Below are positions 38,201 to 48,652 of a DNA stretch of 64,000 nucleotides, in pieces. This DNA is from Podarcis tiliguerta (Eukaryota). A program made the translations under genes and the position numbers. Under the pieces are notes generated by a model. It made no database searches. It saw only the letters and a list, made by a program, of their open reading frames with translations, and had not been told where the DNA came from. The stretch's first letter is position 1, and each line of letters starts with the position of its first letter. The stretch lies in assembly GCA_965153285.1 (NCBI GenBank), contig OZ229111.1. One strand, 5' to 3'.

Positions 38201-39119
38201 CGGACTGAATGCTACAAGCAATTTCTTTCCAATCTCAAGATTATATACTACAATATATAAAATTTGGATATATAAAAGTGCTCAGAATGAGAACAGGGTA
38301 GGAAGGGACAAGCTGCATTAATTCTGCCTTAGTTCCCCTCTTGTAGAAAGAGAAATATTGAAGACTATCTCAGAGATGGTGGAACTAACAAATGAGCTGA
38401 ACTTGTAAAGCACTCCGCATACTTAAAGAGATTGCAGGTATAAAGGTAATCATATCTGCACACCGTGGCTGAAGACTTAATCGTGGTGTTTTTTTAGCTA
38501 CGTAGTTCTGTCCTTTAATTTACACGTTTTTGTGGTCTTTTAACTGATTTATTATGTAAATGTACATCCATATAGATGTGCTTGGTGCTATTTTTTTTAG
38601 AAAAAGAAGTGCCAAACTTGCCTCGAACACTCACTTGTTCTTTTATAATGGCAATGGTGCCTGCCTGAGAGCTGCTGGAAGTGAGTTCTGGTGAGTTCCA
38701 GCTGAAAAAAGCCCTGCATGTGCTTACTGAAGCATGGCAGGGTTTGCCATGGTTGGGGACTTGCCAAAGCCTACTCCACAGAGGGTCCCCTACTGAGCAC
38801 CAGAGCTGCCTGTCTCTGCTGCTGCTGCTCTTCTTACCATTCCCACCAGCTCAATCCCTCCAGCCCAGAGGAGCAGGCCAAGTGAGCAGAAGGCCTGTTC
38901 GCACGAATGGCCTTTCTCTCTGGACCCATAGGCAGAGAAAGTAGCTGGCTGCGGGAAGGAGGGGAACCTCTGATGCATCAAAACAGGGGTGAGAAAATGC
39001 AAGTCTGGAGGGGAGTGCCTGTTTCCAGCTATGGCTGGTTCAACAGCTTTGGCTCCTTTTGGACAGAGATGACTTGGTTATGGTACTCCATGCTTAGGCA
39101 ACTTCCAAAGTGAACTATT

Positions 39120-39480
39120 GCATTGTGCTTTATGGTGACTAGGAAACTTCAGCTGGTTCAAAACTGACCCCTGATGATGACTAGGAACTGGTCCAAAACA
39201 CAGTGGCCAAATTACAGGGGGGGGGGCTTCCTTTTATAATTCATATAACAGCTGCATTTGCTATCAGTTCATTTCTGGGCTCAATTGAAAGAGTTCATGG
39301 TAGTGTTTAAAGCCATAAATGGCTTATGCCCCAAACATCCAAAAGACCACCTCCTTCCCTACAGATGCATGCAGGTGTTAGGAGTGGTGGTGGTCCGACA
39401 GGGGGCATTCTTTGCAGAAGCTCCTATGTTCTGCAATTCCCTCCCCACAGAGGTGCGGGTGGCTTCTTCACTACACAGCT
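39120..39480 (+). mobile_element. Old L2-like LINE 3' fragment
   Basis: Degenerate KLQLVQN, VVFKAINGL and AFFAEAPMFCNSLPTEVR; similar to 54290-54610. Confidence 0.6.
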
Positions 39481-39489
39481 TGGTCTTTG

Positions 39490-40186
39490 ACATCCGAGAT
39501 GTTTGTTTCCAGAACCCATCCTATTCTTGTGACGGTGATGCTGCACCTGGCATGCAGCTCTCACCTGCAGATCCTAGTAGCTGTCAGCATTCAACAGCAG
39601 CCACACACCAGAAATGACTTCGACTGGCCGACTAAACCAGGTGAGGGTAGCCAATGGGTCTCAAAGCCTCGTTGAGTTAGGGACTTCCCCTGCATGCAAA
39701 GACGGGCTCCGGCAGATTGAGTGGGCAGGATCAGTAGTGGGTCCAGTGGTCAAGAAGATGGTTTCTACACATGCTATAGAGGGAAGTGAGGGGCAGATGC
39801 GGCTTAACAACATGGGAAAGTAGCCCATGTTATATAGAAGAAGGAAAACTGATCCTAAGCCTCTGCTCCCTTGCAAGATATCTTCGAGGGAAGAAAGGAG
39901 CAAACCCTACACAAATCTGGGGTGGAGTCCCTAAGATGGTTGGCTGGCGCCTTATATGCCTCCTTCAAGCAACTCCTGGAGCCAGGCTGGTGCCAAACAT
40001 ACTGCTCTGCTTTCCTATGGACCACATAAACGAGGCTAAGAGGAGGATCTTGTCATCTGGGCAAACCATATACACTGCCCAGGCTTGCACTGTGGGGAAG
40101 TCACTTCGGTGCTGCTTATGCAGTGGTTTGTGTTCACCCTCGGAGGCACACTCCATTGTCTCTCAAGGCAGATGGTCGTCAACAAC
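39490..40186 (+). mobile_element. Probable non-coding retroposon with short (CAA)n tail (RTE/Vingi-type; family uncertain)
   Basis: GC-richer block ending ctccattgtctctcaaggcagatggtcgtcaacaac; resembles a dispersed lizard repeat from memory only. Confidence 0.4.
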
Positions 40187-41374
40187 TGTCAGAGATTTGT
40201 GCTAGCACAAGATTGCTACTATCTATTATAAAACGATCACAAAAATCTGAATTGGTCTTCTAATGATATTGGGGAAGCTAACAATTTCAGATAAAGCCAG
40301 CAGAGGGTGTAGTTGACTTGCGTTTCATGTCATCTCCACTTTCTGACCTAATAAAGCATGTTTGTGTGTATGAGAGAGAGACTGACACGCCTTTTCTCTT
40401 GTTAATTTAGGAAGGAGAGGCAACCAAGAATTGTTCACAGTCATGGCTGAAATCAGTACTCAATATATTAAAAGAGGGAAATCAGGTTGTTTGTTTAATT
40501 GGTGTATTTCTACATTTCTCAGGTACTCTAGGGAGTAAAATCCTGAAGAAAATGGATTTAATGCACCACTGACATAAAGATGCAGTTGTGGGAAGCAGGT
40601 GCTATGTGCCTTCTTCCTCTATAGTAAGGAGCCACACCAAACCCCCTTCAGCACGGGTTAGAGAAAACAATGCAAACCCATCCTCAAACCTGGGAGATTT
40701 TTCTCTCACCTGTCACTGTGTTGGGTTCAGACAAATCTCCTCACTGTCACATGTGGTACAATATGGACACATTTGACTATGCTGCAGAACGCATTCCAGA
40801 CGGATCAGACACCCCCACCACGTTGAATGTCAGGTGCTTGGCGAAGACCTTTCTATTTCAGCAGGCGTTTTCAGTAAGTTGTACTATGCCTATTTGTTGA
40901 ACGTACATTTTCATTTGACCCTTTCGATTTAAACATTGTAGTATGGATCACTTTGTTGATGGTTGCGTAAACCACTTTGTGACCATCTATGGTGAAAAAC
41001 AGTCTGTAAATATGGGAAGTAAATAAATGTGTTTGGGGATTACCAGAATACATAGATACTCAAGAACCTTGGGGTTTGTTTTTTAATAAAAAAATACCAT
41101 TTACCTAGAGCTATTTAGATGGAGGGTAGGCAGGTCGTTTTTTGAAAACAGCAGCAGCTGCTAGAATGTTTGGCTAATAAAGTTTCAGGAAATTGTGTTG
41201 ATAGAACTGTCTGGGTCACATTTATGCAGATTCAAATGCTCACCAACAGCACAGAAAATGCAAGGGAAGCAGTGTTACCAGATCAGAGCAAGAGTCTTCC
41301 TTCCACCAGGATCCTTTGATTGTAGTTACTCTCAGATGCCTTCAAGAAATAATGATAGCACAGAGCTCTAACAC

Positions 41375-41505
41375 AGGGATGGGGAACCAGTGGCCCTCCA
41401 GATGGACCACAACACCCTTCTTCGCAGAACACTGATTTTGCTGTCTGGGGCTAAGGGGAATTGGCATCCAACAATGTCTAGAGGGCCACAGTTTCCTCAC
41501 TGCAG
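41375..41505. mobile_element. Degraded hAT-type MITE related to 1332-1467
   Basis: cagggatggggaaccagtggccctccagatg ... tctagagggccacagtttcctcac inverted ends. Confidence 0.6.
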
Positions 41506-42496
41506 CTCAGAAAGAATAATCCCACCCTTGCCATTGCATGCCTTGCGCCTGAATGCTCAAGGGGAAAGTTTAAATGAGGAAGAACATTGTATTTCAGAGT
41601 TCCTGATATCCTTATTACTCCTAAGCTCAGTGTCTGCTTTTAGCCAGCTACAGAAAAGTTTGGCTTCAAAACATTATCAGATGCCAGCAGATAGCCCCAT
41701 ATTGCATCTTAACTTAGGAGAGCTACATGTGTAGCGTTGCAGTCAGGCAAATTAGTGGCAGCTTCTTCTCAGCCTTTGGGCTAAATTGCATGTAGTATAT
41801 GACAAAATCCCCAGCCGTCTCCTTCCCTCCACCTTTACTTGCATTAATTTTCAACATATCTGTAGTTTTATTTCACTACATGAATTGTCATTCCACAGCG
41901 CATCATGCCTTTCTGCTGTAACACAACAAATGACATTTATTTGCTTCCCACCTTAGAAGCACTTGAGTGGCTGGGTGGATGCTATTAATTTATGCACCAC
42001 CTTCAAGTTGCAGCCCTATGCACATCAGTCACAAGTACAGTCCACTGAAATCAATGGTGCAAAGTTCCCAGTAAATGAATCTAGGACTGGAGTGATAATG
42101 TGCAATGTTTCTCTCCAAGCAGCTCTGTAAGAGAGATCATGAATATTCCCATTTTGTGAAAGCCCAGCTGAGAGGGACTGACCTGGCTAAGCTTATGAGT
42201 TTATGCCTCAGGAGGAGTTTGAGCCAAGGTTTCCTAGGAACAAATCTGACAATATTGCCCCCAGACTACAGTGTCTGTCATAAAAACCACGAGAGCATAA
42301 AAACCGACAGAAACTCAGCAGGGTGGCTGTCCTACAAAGATATGAAGGCAAAGGCATAAAGCAGAACATGGGAGCAAGAGAGGCTATGTAACGACCGGGT
42401 GACAAGAACTTGAAGTGTGGCTTGTTTTCCAATCACAACCCTCGCATCAAAATAAAATAAACATCAACACTCTTTTGGGTGGTGTTTGAGTTTTCT

Positions 42497-42502
42497 TTTA
42501 TT
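42497..42502 (-). terminator. Candidate polyadenylation signal of the RASD4-like gene
   Basis: AATAAA on the minus strand ~780 nt past the stop, followed by the U/GU-rich gtgttgatgtttattttattttg. Confidence 0.5.
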
Positions 42503-43286
42503 AGTTACAACCCTTGAAAAGTTGGAAATTAAAATCATACCTACTCAGGCACAGACTGACCCACTGGGTGACATGTATTTCTTTCCACAATGCAGAGGTG
42601 CTTCAGACAATGGTGAGCTCAGTTTAAACAAAGTCTGCACAAAAGCACATGCATGCAAATGGTCAATGCACACATTTGAAGCAAAACAAAAAACAAAACC
42701 CACTGTTTTGGGGGGAGGCAACACACACACTGGATGTTCAATAGGCACCAAAAATGTATTTTCTTTCCCATCTTCAAGCATACCGTGTCTGTTCAGTCAC
42801 TCAAAACACAAAGAAATCAATGCAAAAGGGAAAGATAAGTAGGTGTCCCAGGAATTAACTGTTTCCTAAGTTCTTGCCTTCTAAGTTCATGCTATGGACC
42901 TTGTCAACATCAGCCATGTTGCCTCAAAAACTGGGGCATCCAGTTCCATGACTTAAGGGACATATGTTCCAATTTATACAATAACAGCTTGGATCCGCAG
43001 AACAGGCCAGAATTAGAGACATTACACTGTGCACAGCATCACAGGCTTCCCAATTCTTGGGTTGCAACTCAAAATCAAATGCACGAAATGGGCACAAACA
43101 TTGGTGACTTTGGGGCACTAAAGCTGAAATTACTATGTCACGACGACAAGCCATCAAGGTTCACAAACAGCTCCTGAGCCCCAAATGACAGAGTGCCACA
43201 GTGCTGTTGTGGCAGGTGCAACCTGATCTCTAAACTCAGGTCACCAAAGTTCTCAAAAACCCATGCAGCTATCATTCTCACATAGT

Positions 43287-43913
43287 TCAACAGACAGTAC
43301 AACTATTGGCTTTGTTCATGGGGGGCCGCAGTGGGGGCTCCTTAGGGAAGGTCTCACGTCTCCTGCGGAGGGCAGGACTCAGCCGGCTGGGCAGGTTGGC
43401 TTGATGAAGCAGCTCCCGGAAGACCTCCACCACATTCTCATTCTCCTTAGCAGATGCCTCCAGGAAACGGCTGTTCCAGTCAAGCTCCACCAAGGAGAGG
43501 GCGTCCTCGGGCAAGACCTGTCTAAGCCCACCAGCTTCTGCCTTATTGCCCACCACTACGATGGGAGGGAACTTGTCCTCTTTCAGCTCAAGGATCTCCT
43601 CGTGCAAAGTCTTCACACACTCAAAGGACTCTGCATCATCCACAGCATAGATCAAAGCGAAGGCATCGCTGTTCTGGATGGAGAGTTTGCGCATCGCTGG
43701 GAAGGAGTAGCTACCACTGGTGTCCAGAATCTCAACCTTGATGGTGGCTCCACTCACCTCAAACTCCTTGGTGTGCATCTCCTCTACTGTTCGCCGGTGC
43801 TTTGGCTCAAAAGTGTCCTGCAAGAAGCGCCGGATCAGGGCCGTCTTGCCGACCCCGGCTGCACCCAGAAACACTAGGCGCACTTGGCTCTTCTCCTTCA
43901 CTGCCAAAGACAT
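43287..43913 (-). CDS. rasd4: Intronless RASD/Rhes-family small GTPase, RASD4-like, 208 aa (MSLAVKEKSQVRLVFLGAAGVGKT...PPMNKANSCTVC)
   Basis: G1 GAAGVGKT, G2 TVEE, G3 DTSG, G4 NKAE, G5 EASAK, FPAMRKLSI (RASD/DIRAS-type), polybasic RRRR, CaaX CTVC. ATG in ACCATG Kozak context; the ORF-track start at 44069 is a GTG. Family is secure; the symbol rests on recalled similarity to fish rasd4. Confidence 0.88.
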   Translation of the reverse strand: MSLAVKEKSQVRLVFLGAAGVGKTALIRRFLQDTFEPKHRRTVEEMHTKEFEVSGATIKVEILDTSGSYSFPAMRKLSIQNSDAFALIYAVDDAESFECVKTLHEEILELKEDKFPPIVVVGNKAEAGGLRQVLPEDALSLVELDWNSRFLEASAKENENVVEVFRELLHQANLPSRLSPALRRRRETFPKEPPLRPPMNKANSCTVC

Positions 43914-44138
43914 GGTTCTGTGCCTGTCTGTCTGGATGTGTTGGCTTGGGCGGAGGGGGAGACAAGTTGCTTTTAAGTCCTCAATGTGTGATGTGTGCCT
44001 GGTCTTTATGTTCCCCGGCTTCAGAGAGCAGCGTCTCCTTCCCCAGTAGCTCTGCAAGTTCGCCTCCACACTCTTTGCTCATCAACTTCTCCTGGCTGAA
44101 TTGCTGCTGTGTGCACAGCATCCCAGCTGATCTTTCCA

Positions 44139-44266
44139 TTTATTTACACTCCCTCCTGCCACACTGCACACACACACAGTCTCGACTGTCTCCTCCAATC
44201 TCTGCTGTGGGGAATATGTGTGGAGGGAGGAGTGCAGGAGACCGAAGGATGCTCTGGGCCAATCAG
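44139..44266 (-). promoter_or_regulatory. Candidate proximal promoter of the RASD4-like gene
   Basis: TAAATAAA TATA-like element on the minus strand (44139-44146) and NF-Y-type GGCCAATCAG (CCAAT 44259-44263) ~115 bp further upstream. Confidence 0.4.
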
Positions 44267-46697
44267 CTGAGCGCTGTCCTTGAAATCCATCCCCAGCACC
44301 TGGAGAGAGAGAAACTGCACTAGCACACATCGAACACAGCTCACTCCACGGCTGGTTACTAGAGAGAGCTTGGCTGTCTCTCAGCTGCTTTGCATAATGC
44401 AAAGCATAACCACCTGCCCTTCTTGAAGACTGGCTCACATTACAAGGCAAAAGCATCTTGCTCTCTGTAAACTCTTTTTACTTCCCTCCGTTGGCAGATT
44501 GTACTGTAGGGCAGGGAGGGGGAGTTTAAATTAACAAAATGTATTGGTTTTTCAAACCAAGCCACCAGAGTTATTTGGGCCCCCAAGACTTACAATGAGG
44601 TGGGAAGAACTAAGGTAAGAATCAATCTGCAGAGAGGGGGTGTTGATAAAGGTAAAACTTTCATTTCGAAGTACAGACTTTTAAGTTTTTTAAAAACCAA
44701 ACCAAATCCTGTCTAGTATTTGTAACAAATTCATAGCTCGAATGTTAGAGCAGGCTCTGTTTTTTGTATGCAAGGTGTGTTTAATTTGTCACCAGAATCA
44801 CATAATTGTACAGTATAACCATGAGGTATTTGGAGGTCTTCTGTCCTATCTTCCTAAATTATGGTGAGCAACTTGACTGCCCCCTCCCAGCCTTCCCACA
44901 TCTGACCCCATGGAATTCCTTCATGTTCCTCATTAATTTAGCATCACACACATCTCAAAACAGCACCACTACAGGCTAACAACAGTGAAGGGCTCTGGTT
45001 TTCAGGGGGTAGACAGGCCCTGACCCAAACAAATTTCCTGGAGTCAGTAAATGCACCATGAATAACCAAAAGCATCCTTCATTTTCATTGACTGTCCTTC
45101 CTGGAGGGACTCTAGGAAGCTGAATAAAGGATCCAAAGGCAGCCACTGTTAGACCAGTAAATTTCCACTTCAGCTTTTAACAACACAGGAAGCTGCCTTG
45201 CACCAAGTCAAAAATTTGGTCCATCTAGTTTAGTTTGGTCTGGCAGCGGCTCTCCAGGGTCTTAGTGTGCTGCCAGGCAGCTGTTTATTGTGAGATCGGT
45301 GCTGCTCATGTACACAAGTTTTCAACAGAATCCACATGATGTGATCAGCATCAAAATGTCAGCTCCTATTCCACCCCAACCCCCACCCAATTTATTTCGG
45401 ATTTATCCTTTCTGTATAAAACCCATTTAAAAAAAAAAGCTGCTGCCAACAATTCATTAGTGATGTCCAAATATCCAATTTGTATTATTAATCCCTTATG
45501 TGGAACTGGAAGCATGCTCAGACAGGGGTCTTTACAGTCCTATATGGAGATAACAGGGACTGTCTGTGTTGCAGCACCCTCCAAGCTTTCAGTGCATACG
45601 TCCTGCTTTTCAGTTCCATTTCCACCACTACCTGAGGGCTGCTTTAATCTTTCCCCTACAAATATGTACAATGATATAAAGAGTGGAGGATCCACGTGTA
45701 CCAGTACATGTGATGATCACACTAGTGTTTGTTTTGCCAGGGGTATACATGTGGTTACTAGTGGTAGCACTTTTAATAACTTGCATTACCTTCCCACATC
45801 AGTGTATTACACACATGCCACACTCTTGTAATATGTCATGTGTGAACTGGCACCAAGTGGGTGGAGAGAGAGAGGAAATGTCATATATTTAGCATATCTC
45901 GACTCTCATTACTGGAAGTGATAACCATTTCAAACAAAGCATGAAAAGGTGCTGTCAGAATTATAATTCACACAGTCACTGTGCAAAAAATGTCCACAGG
46001 CTAAGCCTACAAAAACCAACCCAGGAAGTCATCAAATTGTCTTGGTGAGAGGGCTGCCTAGATCTCACATTGTGTTTATGCTGCTTCTAACATTCCTGCT
46101 TCTTTGGGAAAGAACATAAGATGCCCCTCTTAGACCTGTGGCTGTGTACATACAAGCAAGAAGTTCCACAGCTGGAGGCAGTGCTGCCAAATCCCACTTG
46201 TTCTGAAGATCTGTTCCACATTCCACAACAATCAACTCTCTTAAAAACAGATGGGCAACCACATCATCACACATACACATTGGTCTTCTCCACCTGCTAT
46301 CTATTACATTACCCTTTAAAAATTATATCAACTATCTTCAACATGTGGATGGACCTGATTGCATTTTATTTCTTTAAACAGAACAGCTGCAATGCAAAAG
46401 CGCAGGTGCTCTTAAGAAGCAACAGAGAGCTGGGCCTGAAACTTCAACACGGGTGCCTACAATAACAACATTTAGAAAACATATCCCCGACATCTCCCTC
46501 CCGAAAGCAAAAACGGGGAGCACCGTTTTACCAGGGCAAGTACTGAAAAGTTGGGATTCTTCCATGATAAACAGGGGAAGCAGGAGTGCCAACAGCTCCA
46601 AAAAACAAAACAAAACACCTATATAAGGCTTAAATCTGGCAACTCTACTGTATAGTGTATGCTGTGTATCTTTAGAGGTTGTGTTTGCTTCTCTCAC

Positions 46698-47053
46698 CTT
46701 CTCTGGTAGCTGTTTGTACAACTCGGGTTTTGCTCAGTAATAAAGCAAACGGCGTCCGCAGCTCCTGAAACGCTCTTTCTCATGAAGAGAACCAGCAGGC
46801 AGCCCAGACTCGGCAAGCAGGCAGGGCAAGGCGGGGAGGACGGAGGCAGTTTCAAAGGGACACCGGGCAGACAGGAAGCGGCCATGTTTGCTGTGGGCCA
46901 GAAGGGAACTCACTTCCTGCCTCCTGCTTGGAGGCCTCTTGGAGAAGGCTGCTTGCTTCCCTGCTGGCTCTGCCTGGTTTGGCGAAGTCCCTTAGTGGAG
47001 GGAGCTCCCTTCCTCCCTGGAGGTGCTCGTCGTACCTCGACAGACGAAGAGTG
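46698..47053. promoter_or_regulatory. CpG-enriched promoter/first-exon region of unidentified transcript(s)
   Basis: Local GC and CpG enrichment; GC box aggcgggg 46829, ETS caggaag 46872 and cacttcctg 46911, YY1-like gcggccatgtt 46878; donors GTG|gtaaga (+, 47053) and AAG|gtgaga (-, 46698). Confidence 0.55.
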
Positions 47054-48583
47054 GTAAGAGAAGAGGGGAAGAAGAAGGGGGCCATTTTGTTTTCAGTTGG
47101 ATTTGTGTCGCTTGGCTGTTCCTTTTGAAGTTGCGCATGGGGTGCCTATGAAATTGTGTACACGGTAGTGGTTGAGGGAGAAGCAGAGCAGCTCACAGAT
47201 CATGCTGATGCCTGGAGAACCCTAATAGTAGAAACACTCTCCTGAGTTAAAAACAGGGTTAGAAAGTGAGAGAAGTGGGGAGAGATTGAATACAACACAC
47301 ACACACTGCATTTTTCTCCCACTCCTGGTCATTTCAAAATGGTGCAGGACTCAGAAGCAGGACCCCAAAATGGTTGTCACGTCGTGATACCAGTCATTCA
47401 GCTGCCAGTGGTTTCTATGCAATCCCCAAACAAACAAGGAGTCATTCAAACTTCTTTGAGAATCAGAAGTTTAAGGAGACACAGAGATGGAGGCAGCATA
47501 AGAGGGACAGAGAAGCAGCAGACAACAGATTCTGAAAAACGGGGAACAGGTGAGCGAGGTTTGGTTAAGGTGGACCTGTTTTCCTTTGGGATCCTTGGCA
47601 TATGTGATGTTGTGTTCTCAGTTTCTGCAACCCCCTTCCCATTTGTACGGCTGTAGTTTTGTTTACTGTTGTTGTTTTTTTGGATCAGGTTGTATCTGGC
47701 CTAGATTAGTTGAGCAAAACACATTTATGGGAGTATTTGGTATAATCTTTGTACAGATAGAAGGATAGTTGAAACTTCAGGAAAAGCGGATTCATAGCCC
47801 ATGTTGTTACGATAAAAGGCTATACATGTCATGTGGTTAGATAAAGGAAAAGGTTTCAGCTTATTACAGGAACTGGTGACAGTCAATGAACATTAACTTA
47901 TTCGGTCATCTCTAATATCTGAGCATCATTTCCTAGTAGATTAGCCATCATGCTCATTTTTCCTTTTCTCCTAATATGTTGCTAAAATTCTTCAGACCAA
48001 ACAGTTGGCTCACATTTATGACTGGGGGATGTGTGCATTTGCTTATTATTAGTCCATTTATCAAAATCTTGCATAGGACATTTCTTGTCTACCTCCACCC
48101 CAAGTCGTTATGGCAAAATAGGAGCTGTATTATATACTGAATATAGCCTTAGAGTGCCAGTAATGGAACAGTTGGGTTCCTCATTATTTATTTATTTAAG
48201 GCATTAATATACACATAAACATTAGCATTTCTAGGTACGGTTGATGAAAATCAACCAGAATGCTCAATTAACTAACTAATACTGCACTGTTTTGGTTTAG
48301 TCCCACTGAATGTGGCTCTTGGTTCCATCTTTGTATGTGCTCACATGCTGAAGTAAATGGAAGGCTGCATGAGGTGCTTTGCTTTGTTTCAAGAAAATTA
48401 TGTGGTGTTCCTAATACAGAGAAAGCTACATATATAATTTGCATGGGTGGTTTGGAAATTACTCTGTTATTCGGGCTAAGGAAGTAATTCAGTCAATGTA
48501 ATCCTGATGACTCAAGCAAGAACACCAGCCTAGCATGGCACCAAGGAAACATGAGGCAGCAAAAAGACATTGGTGGGTGGGTT

Positions 48584-48652
48584 GCATTGCAGGGATTTGG
48601 ACCAAATGATCCTTGTGGTCCCTCCCAACTCTACAGTTCTATGATTCTATGG
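48584..48652 (+). mobile_element. CR1-type 3' tail; second copy at ~28274-28337
   Basis: ggtccctcccaactctacagttctatgattctatg with the ATTCTRTG terminal repeat typical of CR1. Confidence 0.6.

Noticed and set aside
38790-38886. Signal-peptide-like stretch CLSLLLLLFLPFPPAQS followed by gtgagc
   Set aside because: No nearby in-frame ATG and no downstream exon; driven by a short (CTG)n run
43914-44069. 260-aa version of the GTPase in the ORF track
   Set aside because: Starts at GTG; family similarity begins at MSLAVK, which has a good Kozak context. Kept only as a non-AUG hypothesis
43263-44323. Long plus-strand ORFs (204, 109 and 173 aa) overlapping the GTPase
   Set aside because: Antisense shadows of a GC-rich coding sequence with no recognisable domain
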